Assembly (NCBI GenBank): GCA_964035545.1
Contig: OZ037765.1
Coordinates: 27,651,504 to 27,715,503 of the forward strand
DNA: 64,000 bases
Direction of reading: 5' to 3'
Source of the DNA: Bugula neritina
Lineage: Eukaryota; Animalia; Bryozoa
Part shown: positions 1 to 12,446 of the stretch, piece after piece
Layout: every line of letters starts with the position of its first letter
How positions within the stretch are numbered: position 1 is the first letter of the stretch
Translations under genes and position numbers: made by a program
The notes under the pieces: model-generated
The model's input: the letters and a program-made list of their open reading frames with translations, nothing else
Database searches by the model: none
What the model was told of the DNA's origin: nothing

Positions 1-2343
1 CGACAGTATATGCAGATCCACTTGCTATTCTCTGGCCACTTGCGATCTCCCTGTTTGCGGACTGTTTGTGCGGCCGGGTTGCTGAACTCTACACCCTCCG
101 GCAGGTACAGCTTCGGCTCTCTAGGATTTTGCACATTCTTCTTGCTTTTATTGATGTACTGTTTCGAACTCGATGGTTCAAACACATAGACTGCTTTGGA
201 ATTTGGTTGGTCATTAGCAACAGCAGTTAATGCACGCTCCAGCATAACAATCGGTTGCAATTCCGTTTCCTACAGATGAATAAAAGCAAAATCCACAGTT
301 ATAAAAAAATTAAGATAAACTTACAACAGAATGCATTTATAAGCAAGTCACTTACAGAAGCATAGCATTATCTAATTATTTTATTAAAATATAAATAAAA
401 TACTTACATCTCCCACGACCTCTTCATACATATCTTGGTCTTCTTCATGACTGCTATAGGCATGATTGGAGATATCAGACTCAAGATCACAATACAAACG
501 CTTCCCGCCAATCTGTCTAGAAACAGGTGTTTCTTGCGAGGAGGCTGGCACCCTAATGATAACAGCAACCTCATGTTACAATCTTCTAACTAGAGCAGCA
601 AATTTAGCATTTGAGATTTCATTATTTATACATATAACATAAAAATATAAAGAATTATATTCAACAAAGTTGCATATACTCACCTAAGCACTCTTATGTC
701 CGAGGCATCTAATAGAGAGGTACCGTCAACCAATAACTCTTTGGAAGTTGGCAAAGAGCCTACATTCAACTGATTCACTTCATTTATATTCTTTATTGAT
801 ACTATCAACTTATTCACAGTCACCAGAGGTTCATCAAACTTCACGGCCACAGAAACATGGCCAACATCCAGATATTGCTTTATGTTGTTCAGTAATACTA
901 ACACTTGAACTTGGTCAGCAGCATCAAGTTTGTCCACAAACAGCTTAATAATACTAGCCTAAAAAAAATCAGCTATCACACAATTTGAGACTTAGTCTTA
1001 TGCAGTTATACTACTACTAATAATAATAATTAGTATAACTGCATACTCAAATTAAGAGTAAAAAACAGAAACCATAGATGATACTTTTAACGAATCCACG
1101 ACTATGCGAAAAGAACAATTGGAAAACACTTATTTGGAAAACGGTCAATTCACCAATAAACAACTGGAAAATAGACAATTAGAAAATAGACATTTGGAAA
1201 ATGACATTTGGAAAATTAAGAATATTCAACATAGACTAGTCTGGAGGGGGCGTTTAGAATCTGCTCAGGTCCAAAATAGCTTTTTAAAAAATAAATAAAA
1301 AATTTGAATCAGTTAGACCTATCATGGAAGTAGAATTAGTTACCGAATAGTTTCAATTTTAAATTGCACATGTTTACAAAAAGTGCTGAATGTCCCCTCC
1401 AGACTAGTCCATGTTGAATATTCTTAATTTTTCAAATGTCCATTTTCTAATTGTCTATTTTCCAGTTGGCTATTGATGAATGGTCTGTTTGCCAAATAAG
1501 CGTTTTACAATTGTCATTTTCGAAACTTCGTGTCACCATTTTAAACGGACCAAAGAAAGGCCAGAGTCATCAGGCTCTGGCTGTTACTGTAAAACTAAAT
1601 CAAAATGTGAGACTGGGTACAATTTTAACTCAAAAGTAGAAACTGAAGAAATAGCAAGACTAAGGTCAAGGGAATAGATAATAGTAATAGGCTACTAACA
1701 TTATCATTACTACTATAAATTAATAGCAATGGCCTAATGGTTATTAGTAATGACTATAAGTATAACTATAAGTATAAGTATTAGGACAACTAATACTATA
1801 AGTATAATTTATTAATTATAACTATAACCTATTAACTACATGTATAACTATAAGTATAAGTATAATTTGAAGTAGAAGTAACTTGTAATACTAATAGTAA
1901 TACCAAGTCTACTAGTACTAACAAGTAATACTAATAGCTAATAACTATAACTATAAGTATAACTACTAGTACTAGACACTAGTACTACTACCAGTAACTG
2001 TAAGAACTAGAAGTATTACTATTAGTATTAGTATTACTATTACTATTAGTATTAGCATTAGTTATAATTTATATTTTAATTTTTATTATTTTAATTTATT
2101 GGTACAACTATTATTTAATTAACTATTAGTACCACTGTACTATAAGTATAAGTATAGTATAAGTATAACCATAAAAAATAAGATGAAGTGTAACGCTAAC
2201 AATCACAATGACAATGTATTTGTAAAACTAAATACAGAATGACTATGAGAATAACTATAACTATAAGTATAAGTGAATAACATAAACAATTTGTCTTGCA
2301 TACTACTACTCACCAAATCGTAGATTGCACGGCTATAAATCAT
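1..2343 (-). CDS. Uncharacterised protein, 5' part (runs off the window); paralogue of the zinc-finger gene at 4259-11525
   Basis: Exons 2314-2343 (MIYSRAIYDL, GTGAGT donor), ~684-958 (ASIIKLFVDKLDAADQVQVLVLLNNIKQYLD...), ~408-552 and 1-~270 splice in frame through GT-AG introns. Exons 1 and 2 match the neighbouring gene in sequence and intron phase. Confidence 0.8.
1091..1538. mobile_element. Foldback/MITE-type non-autonomous DNA transposon
   Basis: Inverted arms of ~150-170 bp (1091-1258 vs 1387-1538) built partly from ~15-bp repeats (CAATTGGAAAATAGA-like), plus AAGAATATTCAACATRGACTAGTCTGGAGGGG. TTTTAA lies on both flanks. Confidence 0.8.
1678..2290. repeat. Degenerate 3-bp-periodic (ANT/ATA)n tract in first coding intron
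   Basis: Runs such as AGTATTACTATTAGTATTAGT and ATAACTATAAGTATAAGT. Confidence 0.85.
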
Positions 2344-2839
2344 TTCGTTCTTCTACAGCGGTGATTTTATTGTCCATAGATTTTTATTCTTTTTGTGAAT
2401 ATCCGTAAGCCACAGGGGCCACTTGGATTTTCTTCGCCCAGTTAGCTGTGACTGCGTCACCTTCTCTCGGAAGCCTATTTGTACCCAATCCCGGTGTCTA
2501 AATAAACTAATCGGCGCGAGTTAGACCATCATTATTGTGTTGACCCTGAGAGGTATATAGTTTCAGTTCAGTGGGTATAACTACTATTCCGCATGATAAA
2601 GGTCGATTAGCCCAAGATTGTCTGACCACAACGATACTATGTACATTGTACATTGAGATGTTCTTGATAATAAAGCTATTTGTCTTTTAGGAGGATAACT
2701 CTATACTCCCATAATTAATCAATGCTGAAGGCTTTTTTTTAGTTTACCTTTTAGATTTATGGCCTCTTATATTTTAATACCCTAAAGGATTTTGTTTCTC
2801 TGCTAATTTGGAACAATACTTAATAGTCTGCTTTAAATT

Positions 2840-2902
2840 CAGGGTTATCCAACAGGCAGCCCCAGGGCGGGATATGGCCCCCCAGCCTATATTTATGTGG
2901 CT
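2840..2902 (+). mobile_element. Degenerate hAT-like transposon end
   Basis: CAGGGTTATCCAACAGGCAGCCCCAGGGCGGGATATGGCCCCC resembles CAGGGGT...CGGCCC hAT/Charlie-type termini. No partner end was found. Confidence 0.35.
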
Positions 2903-4258
2903 TTTGAAGCCAAAGCAAATAAAACTATTTTGCACACATATAAATTAAAGTGAAAAAACACCTTTTATATGTCTTATTTATATACATGCTCCAAAACCTT
3001 CAGCCTGCGGTAATTATTGGGACTTCATTGTGTGATAATTCATAAGAGTTTGAAATAAAGTAATTTGAAAAATTGGCTTAAGAGGTTTCCAGCAATAAAT
3101 TTATAACAATTTCAATGGATTCCAATATACATCACTAGACTACTACCACTACCACTACTACAGATTTATGTCCTCTTTATAGAGCTATAGCGGCTGTAAG
3201 GGTCAAATGTGACACTTATGTATGCCGGAATAAAAACTCAAGTATTTATAAACAATCTCATGGTACTGCATGCACTCTTACCACAAGACAATGGTACCAC
3301 TGAAACTTGTATAATAAACTGTTCCATAAAAATAAAGTCAGTTATAAACAAAGATCACTAAATTTTGATATAACGTAGGCATTTGAAGAGCAAGGATTTC
3401 TAGAATTTCTGCCCTCACTGCGTTTCCATTGCTTGTACAGATGAATTATTGTGTTTATGTAAGTTTATGGTCCTCATTTCTTTTGATGCAAGTGTTTCAA
3501 AACATCAAATAAAAAATCCATGGGATGGTGATACAGCAATGTAGAGTTGAGAAGGGACTTTAAGTTCACAAATTATGAATATCATATTAGAGTAAAATGG
3601 TGAGTGCTCAACCTAAGGCCAGGACTGAAAAGCACCACCAAACAAAAACTTTAATCTGGAGGCCTGGAAACCAAAATACCTGCATGCAGTTATTTAATAT
3701 TACTGGGCACAAGATTTTGAACAAGGAAGACTAATGATTATTATCAAATAATGGACTCGAATTTTTAAATGAGCTACAAATTAGACTAAAATTAATTAAA
3801 AATGAAATTACATCTATAATTGAATTCAATTATTTTAAAAGATTACTTTTATTTCAAGAAAACATATATGATTTGATATAAGTTAAACACACTAGTATTA
3901 TTAGCTCAACATTACATACTAAAATATAGAAAGGCAGTTCAACTGGATTAAGTATAACATGCTATGTTTATATAACTATTGTTGGTTCAGTCACCAAAAA
4001 TAAAACTTACTCTAGTCTCTCAACTGCTGTATGCATAAAAAAAAATTCCAGCCCAACACCAAACTAGATTAATATATATGACAGCAAAAATGCCTACAAA
4101 AATTATCTTGACCTTACTTTAAGTTTCTATCTAGTGCTACTCAAATTATAGAAAAACTCAGGAAAGATGCTCTATTACCATGTACCATGTATCACCTATG
4201 CAAGAGAAAATATTTACATTGTTAGTCATTATCTCTGACAAAGATAATTGGTGCAGGC

Positions 4259-7200
4259 TCATCCTTTGCCTAAATGTTGAGTCTGTATATGCTTCCACAG
4301 GCAGAGCCCAGTGTGAAACGTAGCATTACATTTCTGGCATGTGTGAAACGGATTTTCTCCAGTATGACTCGCCATGTGATCCTTTAGAGCAACAGATGAC
4401 TAAAAATAGATCATAAAAAGTTTATATTAGATAATTGTTCTAACTGAAAGTTACTGAATACTCACTGAAAGTCACTAAACTTCACACATTTATTGAACTA
4501 TACCACTTATTGTAAAATATAGAAAAAATTTAGCCTTATGAAAATATCGACAAAAGACTAAATGGCACTCTATTATTTTTAAAAATTAACTGCACATATT
4601 TGCCTTGAGTTCATAAAAAATTTCATGTTTTAAAGTGCAAAATGTAATCTTCCCACAATAACCGTTTAAGATTACATATATTGAAGTCAAATTTGGTATA
4701 TTATTGAAAGATCACACATAGGAAGTGGTGGCGTAAATGACCTACCGAATAGCTATGTTCACAGTCATTACACTGAAATCTAGGTGCTCCTTTATGATAC
4801 GTCCTGAAGTGTGTATTTAATGTTCCTGGACTAAAACCATAACAGTATTGAATGAAATTAACATCCTTGATAATAAATCTACGATAACTTATAGTAACAG
4901 CACAAAGTGCAATCCAAAATTTTTGCTGAAGTAGTAAATAATTTAGTTATAATATAAGTTTGTTGCTGGATACTTTTACAAACTGATTAAATAGCCAATG
5001 ACAAAGCCGGGACACAAAAGATATTTTATCCAATGCGCCAAGGTGTTTCGACAGTCACTGAGTACTGCATTCCTAACATCCATGATAGGGCATACAACAG
5101 AGTGTGAACTTCTGTACTGCATAAAACTAACCTGTTGAATGTTTTCTCGCACATGTCGCATGGAAACACTCGAGGCTCTGCACCTTTAGATTCAGCTTCT
5201 TTTTTCAAATGTGTTACAGTTTTGTAGTGCTTGTGCAAAGAGTTAAATGTTCTATATGACATGTTGCATAAATCACATGTGTACAATTTCACACCTGTTA
5301 TAAAATAATTACAAAATAAAATAAAACAAATACAGGAAAAACTTCTGAACCCTTTATCACTTTTTATTATTATTATTATTCTAATAATGTTTATGGCAAA
5401 TTATAAGGTAATGAAATTCAAATTATAAAACAAAAAAATGTAGTTTAATTGTGATATCGTAATCACTACTTGCTTCTTATAAGGCAAAAACGTGTCTGAA
5501 ACTTGTGGCCAAACAATAAAATAACCTCAAATTATTTCAGCAACAAAACTAGAAGCAAACAGAACTTGCCAGGTATTGGTACAAATGGAACTCTAGGCCC
5601 CCTTTTTCTTTTTTTGGCTTTCATATCTTCAGAGTACGGCACATCTGCTACATGCCGGTAGTCTTCAGGTCTGGTCCAGACCACCTCTGGATGGTACTGA
5701 AGTGATATTACACTATGATAATATTACCAGACACATGTATATGACTAAGCATAAGTTATAACAGGGAAACAGAAAATTATTTTGCCTGGGGTAGACTGAA
5801 AATCCAGCACCATTGAATACATCAAGTTTTCAGTTAAATTCTCTATAGTCTATTGTGTAACATTATTTTAACAAAGTATTGTACAATGAGATAAATGCAA
5901 ACACTCTTACTATTTGCAGGTGCGATTTCAGTTGTTCACTACTTCTTGGGCTATAGTCACAGAGACTACACCGGTATGTGTAGTTTTTATGATATAGAAA
6001 TATATGCCTATTTTTCATAGTTCTGCTTCTAAACTTTTTCTCACAAAACTTGCAACTAAAAGACATCATAAAAACATCATTGAGATTTTCTCTAGAGTCT
6101 AGACCATAGAACCAAGTAAATAACATAGAAACACTGTAATATAAACACACATGGCCTATATTTTCATGGGCTAATAACTTAATTAATAAAGAAATGAGAA
6201 ACATTTTATTTGTTTACTACTTTACAGAATAAACTTATATTTTGGATACCACTGTATCCATCTTGAGAGTTATGCATTGAATAAAATTTAAAGGTTAGAA
6301 TGTGTATGTACAGTTTAAATACATAATGTGCATATAAAGTATATCAGTTCATAAAAAATGTACATACTCAAAAGTCTTTCCAGTAAAGTGCATAACTTGA
6401 ATGTGATATTTCAGCCCTGCATCCTTTGTAAACTTTTTATTACATATTTTACAAATGTGTTCCTTGACATCAGCTGAATGCTTTGCTACGTGCTTCATAT
6501 ATCCTCGGTAGGTCTGTAGGTAGAAGTCAACAATGGCTGTAAATGTCTACTTCAAAAGGTGTGCACTTCTCAAAACAATAACACACGCGGTACACACTTG
6601 ACAACATCTGAAAAGAGTAGCTTGAATATACTTCATAGGAGTATTGCTAGAAGCAGCGCAGAGTTGGGGGTGACTGAGTGCAGAGTTTGTATGGACATTG
6701 TTGTCCAAACTCTAGACCCCAACTAATGCACTCAGTGACCATCAACTCAGAACTGCTTATAAAACCATTTTGCAGCAACTTTCACTTGGCAAACTTGAAC
6801 GTAGTCATAGTTACAAAAAACTACAATATACACGCAGTAGCTCATGGAAATGGCATGATATAAATATAATGTAACCTTACAATTTGTCATTGAAATCAGA
6901 TGAGGCAAATATTTTATAATAACATGGTTAAAATAGACTGAGAAAAATGGGTAGTTTTTAGACTTGGCACCTTGGTAAATTTTGTTAGTCTACCCATCCT
7001 ACTTTAAAATTTAACAGTTTTAGAAGCTATGCTGATTTGCGGTATTATATCATCATTACATATGCTATTTTTGATAGCTATTATCCTAATTGTGGCACTA
7101 AATTGAGTTCTGCTTTCTTAAAAACTAGGCTTACTCAACCCATTAGATTTATGGATTGCATATTTCTTAATAGGCTGGCTTTAAGCTAAATTCACTTTTT

Positions 7201-10200
7201 AAATCTCAAGTTTTAAATACTTATGAAATATTTCGTTGATTATCTGGTCATGTAATACAAGGGTATTTATAATTCTTTGTTCTCATGACTGCGCATTATG
7301 CTTCGAATGGAAGCCTGCATGGATTAATTTGTGCTTGTGGGTTTTCATTAACTTATGGTTGTGATTTCCTTCTGTGTAAAACTGTAACCATTTCCATTAG
7401 GCAATTAAACAATCACTAGCATAATGCAAATGATGGAAACTCAGTAATAGACTGTTATTGCGTTATAACAAATCAATCCATGGAAATTATTTGACTTCAA
7501 ATAAAACTGACTTGCCATTACCCTTGTTAGCAAATAATCATTCAGTACATGACTATTCTAGTTACAAGAGGCAGTCTACTATGATCTAGCATCACAAAAT
7601 CATAATTTAATTTATAATTTATAGTTGCTGGAATAAACTTTCACTAAAAACTAAACTTGGAGCATTTCTAATCTTATCAAATATCCCCCTTCTCCACTTC
7701 TATTTCTTCCCTATTTCAGCAATGGACATTAAAACCACTTTTTACCAAACCTCTAGAATCTAGATCATGTTTCAAGATTAAAGTTTCCATATTACTTACA
7801 TGCAAGATTGCAAGGCATTTTTTACACTTATATTCTACCTTATTGCTCTTCATATGCACTTTTAGATGGTTCTCCAACTTTTCCTCACTAAAAATAATTA
7901 AAAAAAACTTGACTAAATTTACATAAAATAAAGTAGAAATAAAACAAAAATTTACTTTAGATAGAATTATTCTTATGACAACTAATATATTCGAGAATAC
8001 AAAAGAAACGTAATGGTATGCAACAGTGTAAAACAAGCAATGATGTAATTATTTATTTACCCCAGGAATAAAATAAATTTTATTTTAATTGATAATGCAT
8101 TGTTTAATACTATATACCCCAGTCTTCAAAAAAAGCTATAAAAGACACACATTATGTCTGCAATAGTTTTTGTCAAAGCAAAATCAATAAATGTACATAT
8201 TACTCAAGAAATAGCTCAAAAATATAACTATGTGATACAATTATGGTAATGGAATTTTACTGATTAGATGCATATATCTGCATATATTGATTGCTTATTA
8301 ACCTTGAAAAGTTCTGATTACAGATTTGACAGATTGCAGGTTTGCTATATGAACTCATAGCTGTGACTTTCAAATCATTAGTCGGTGTGCTGTGCTCATT
8401 CCAGCTGTTTTTGTTGGACGAATCACCAGAGTTTTCTAGCTGCTGGGTCTGATCTGTAGGACACGCTACAATTCAAACATGATATACATTATTTACCGTC
8501 TTAAATAAACAGGAATTTTTTTTCAAATCTATGACTCACTTTGGTGCTGCAATAGTGACAAGTTCAGTAGGAAATATATAGTGCTTAGTTTAGTGCAGTA
8601 AAAAGAAGAAATCCAATTTTCAGTTGAATTCAATATGGAGGATTAGAAAACATATCAAACTGCGACATAGATGAGCCCCCTATCTTATCTAAGAAAAGTT
8701 AGCCTTTACAAAGCAACTGTTTCAGTGCGTTTCCCATTATGCAAATGGATTTTTCACTAGCCTAATGGAAATAGTTACATAGAAGGAAACCTCGCCCATA
8801 AGTTAATGCAAACTGCAAGCACAAACTAATCCATACAGGCTTCTATTCGCATAATCTACAGCCATGGAAATGCAGTGATAGAGTGATTAATCGCCTATGT
8901 AACAATAAGCAAGCATTGGTGTTTATTGTTAGAAGATTAGCTGGAAAAAGGCAATTTCTCTAAATTCCAGAAAAGATTCCTGTCTATTGATAAAGAGTAT
9001 TGAGAGCAAGCAATGGCGGAGCACGTGTACCTTTAGTAGCAGAGGCTTTAGTAACCACTTTAACTTCACTATCGGATACTTTAGTCTCTTCTATAACCAG
9101 AATCTCAATATCTGGATTCAAGTCTACGAGTTGCTCTAGTGGCTCTTCTCTAAAATAACTCATTTATACAGAGAACAGCAGGCTAGTTATTACAAGACAT
9201 TTTATAGTAAATGCAGCTGCAGAATTTTAACAAATTACAAATAAAGAAACCACTTTTTGACAATTTTATTAAGCAATTGTTTACACATCCACTTGCTGTA
9301 CAGCATCTAAATCCACTAGTAAACCTTCTGCAACTCAAACTACCCATATAATTAATAAAGTCAATAACTGTTGGCTATTAGCTTTCAACGGTTGCATATT
9401 TACTGATTACTTCCTTTTAACAATAACACTACGTGAGCTCACGGCATGATATCAAGCTAAACTCTTACCAACAAAGTGACTGAGCCAGTCATGACTTTGT
9501 CTAATATTCACCTAATTTAACACCAACTTGAGTAGTTTGATTTACACATAAATACCTCATAGAGTCACATATAAACTAACAGCTAAACCAACTTACGGAG
9601 GATGTAGTGAGGCACAACAGCTGCAATATATTCTACTGGCTCCACGAGATTCTGGATTCTCTGGTTTAAAATCTTTGCCACACGAGTCACAAACCTGTAT
9701 ATTACCGAGAAATAGTGGCTAACAAATTAACATAGGCTCTTCAATTTACTAAAAGAATATTTGCAAGACCAAGTGACATGATCTATTTATGACATTAGAA
9801 AAACAAGATCTCAGTATAAGATAATTCTCAACTCACAATTGCAATTTCATGAATGTTGTAAACATGCATCGCACATTCCATGGCATTTGTATATCTTTCA
9901 TTGCAGATTTTACACCTAACTTTAGCTATTCCCGGAGAAGCAAAAGTTGACTCCTTCCTCTATAAATATAAAAAAAGTTTATAGAATTAACACAACACTT
10001 GATTAGGTAGTCACTATCCATCAATAGCTCTGGGTACCGCCAAGTTTACCAAATATAACTAATGAACTTTCCCATCAGGGGTAAATATTTCTAGCTTCCC
10101 ACATTAATCATTTCCTAGAAGTTGGGCATATGGTAGAAAATATTTAAAAAGCAAACCCATAATGATAGAAGCGAACCAATCACAATCGTAACTTTGAATT

Positions 10201-11525
10201 CACTACCAATTATCACGATAAAAAATTACTTTTAGATATTGGCCAGTCTTTTTACATTTCAAAGTTGTCTTAAAGGTACTCCAGTTAATTTACTAAAGCT
10301 TTCTACCAACTATATAGCCAAGTTCAAGATTATAGATACTTGCCTGTGCCAAAGTGTCCCTATTTTGTGGCTCTTGAGAAATCTCCGGAAGCTTTCTATC
10401 CATACGTGCAACTCGGAAAGAACGTGCACGTGACAACTCACAGCCACTATAAAATGAAAATACTGGAAATTGTAACTTATTAGCAAGCATAAGTTTAACT
10501 TTATTGACAGTATTTTAATCTAATGAAAGTAGTAATATGCAACAATAATACTCTAAAATAATTCAAATAATCCCAAATATAGAAATATTAAAGCACCACT
10601 ATCTGTCTTTCCTCCAGTAATCTAAAAGAGCAATGGTATCACAATCATTTACGTCCTAATTAAAAGCATTTGAAAACAATTTCACTCACCTAGATAAGTT
10701 TGAGATGCTTGAATGAAAAGTATTTTGACTGTTGAAACCCTTTGAGCCTTCAGAAAGTAGAGTAGCATTAGCAGTGTCCAAATTTGTCATACCTTGTATA
10801 GTTATTATTAGTTTGACGAGCACCACCACTGGCTCATCAACCCCATCCGAGGAAACATGGCCACGGTCAAGGTAGCGCCTGATGTTCCGAAGCAATCCCA
10901 AGATTTTAGCTTGATCGTAGGGTTCAAGCTTACCCACAAAAGTTTTGATAATGTTTGCCTATAACAGCAAAGCATTTACAGCTGAAATCAGGGTTGCACT
11001 TAGTTTTATTATGCAGTACAGAATAAATTTTAACAGCAATTCAGAGCATGCAACCAAATCTGAAATAATATAAGGATGTCAACAATATTTATAAAAAATA
11101 TAATGATCACCTATGCATAAGTGAAATGAATAAAATCTACATATTTGGAGCAAGCGAATAATTAGCTTAATAATGGTAAGGATTCATTTAAATCACATTA
11201 TAGATTTTACGTTGATAGTAAATATTACTATCATAAAATGCTAATTCATAAACACTAATAGTATAAACACAATTAGGTATAGCTTTATTCATAGAAACAG
11301 GCAGGTTTGTAGTAATTATAACTATTCTTTTAAATCCATAGTACTTAAAGTTAATTATTCGAATCTAATAAAAAATTGATACATCCTAAAACATTACATT
11401 CTTTATAGCACAACTAGTTTAGTTTAGCACTTATTTTTCCAGCAGTGAGTTTAGATGATGACATTTAACAAGAATTTTAAACTACTCACCAAATCAAAAA
11501 TTGCATGATGAAAATGCGCCACCAT
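4259..11525 (-). CDS. Multi-C2H2 zinc-finger protein with unrecognised N-terminal domain
   Basis: About 14 in-frame exons from MVAHFHHAIFDL (11490-11525) to ...WKHIQTQHLGKG* (stop 4259-4261). About 10 C2H2 fingers (e.g. CKICNKKFTKDAGLKYHIQVMH; HTGENP linker) and one CDSC...CSCC motif. Includes a 25-nt micro-exon near 10597-10621 and a GC-AG intron at 5295-5569. Confidence 0.9.
6643..6768. mobile_element. MITE family B, copy 1 (intronic, uninterrupted)
   Basis: Imperfect TIRs AAGCAGCGCAGAGTTGGGGGTGACTGAGTGCA / TGCACTCAGTGACCATCAACTCAGAACTGCTT. Related copies occur at ~12085 and ~35852. Confidence 0.75.
7281..7446 (-). mobile_element. Dispersed repeat / MITE family C copy
   Basis: The reverse complement aligns with 8722-8879 (GCCTAATGGAAATRGTTACA, CCATAAGTTAATG, AGCACAAAYTAATCCATRCAGGCTTC). 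Confidence 0.7.
8722..8879 (+). mobile_element. Dispersed repeat / MITE family C copy
   Basis: Ends CAGTGCGTTTCC...ATGGAAATGCAGTG; inverted relative to 7281-7446. Fragments also occur near 3416 and 23495-23545. Confidence 0.7.
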
Positions 11526-11569
11526 CGTGATCCATATAATGTTGTTCTTATTGCAGATAAGTGCGGCTC

Positions 11570-11990
11570 ACTAAAAGTATATTAGAAGTACAACTGAATT
11601 TCAACTCAAATTTTAGTTTGATTTAGTAGTAATGTTTACTTTAGTTAACAGCTTGAGCTACACTTAATCTTATAGTTATTGTAACAACTTAAACTACAAG
11701 AAACTTAACATATTTAAATTTGATTTTTGTTTATACCGAGTTCAACTTTAAGTTTTAGTTTAAAATTAACAGTAGCACTTCTAATCATAGTGATACTGAT
11801 CCTCATAATAATATTTATAATTATATTGATAATCAATATCACACTCATGGTCATACTGATATTGCGACCGATTTTCCACAAGTAGTAGCACAGCAGCACT
11901 AAAGACAAAACCGCTAGTTTATTATAACTATTAGTATTACTGTATTAACAAATTATTATAACCATATATATTATATTTTTATTTAAGACT
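11570..11990. repeat. 3-bp-periodic (ANT/ATN)n tract in the inferred 5'UTR intron of the zinc-finger gene
   Basis: ATAATAATATTTATAATTATATTGATAATC and ATAACTATTAGTATTACT. A minus-strand acceptor TTTTAG sits at 11571. Confidence 0.65.
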
Positions 11991-12084
11991 AAAAGTAAGC
12001 AGAGCGGTCTATTAACCTTTGAGAGTAAGTATTCAAAATTATAAATTTACCTATAATTTCAGTTCTCTTTCTACTAATAATTGA

Positions 12085-12241
12085 ATTGTTTTTTAAGCAG
12101 CTCAGGGTTGAGGGTGACTGAGTGCAGTAGTATGCAATTTTTAAGTTTGGAATTGACGTTTCTAATAAACCCCAACTCTAGACTCGAAAATTTCAAGCTA
12201 TAGTCACTCACCCCCAACTTGGAGCTGCTTATAGAATAATT
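12085..12241. mobile_element. MITE family B, copy 2 (at the inferred promoter of the zinc-finger gene)
   Basis: TAAGCAGCTCAGGGTTGAGGGTGACTGAGTG ... CCCCCAACTTGGAGCTGCTTA. Confidence 0.75.
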
Positions 12242-12399
12242 TCTGATACTTAAGAAGCGAAAGTAAGATTAGCTACGAAGCACTATTCCTATAGATAATA
12301 TTTTTATGAGAGTTGTTTTCACATTATGTTTCATCTTCTTGTTGATTGGCCAGAGCAGAATTACCGAAAAAATAGACATTACAATGGTCAAGTATGGAG

Positions 12400-12446
12400 C
12401 AGAGATGATCTATATCATGTATATAAATATATATATATAATCTCTG
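12400..12446. mobile_element. 47-bp palindromic mini-insertion with 8-bp target-site duplication (hAT-like)
   Basis: GTATGGAG | CAGAGAT...(TA)n...ATCTCTG | GTATGGAG. Confidence 0.8.

Noticed and set aside
1104-1677. Plus-strand ORFs with QLENR repeats
   Set aside because: They are largely translations of the foldback element's arms.
10070-10452. Possible transposon remnant ending CACAGCCACTATA with a small hairpin
   Set aside because: No partner terminus, TSD or second copy in the window.
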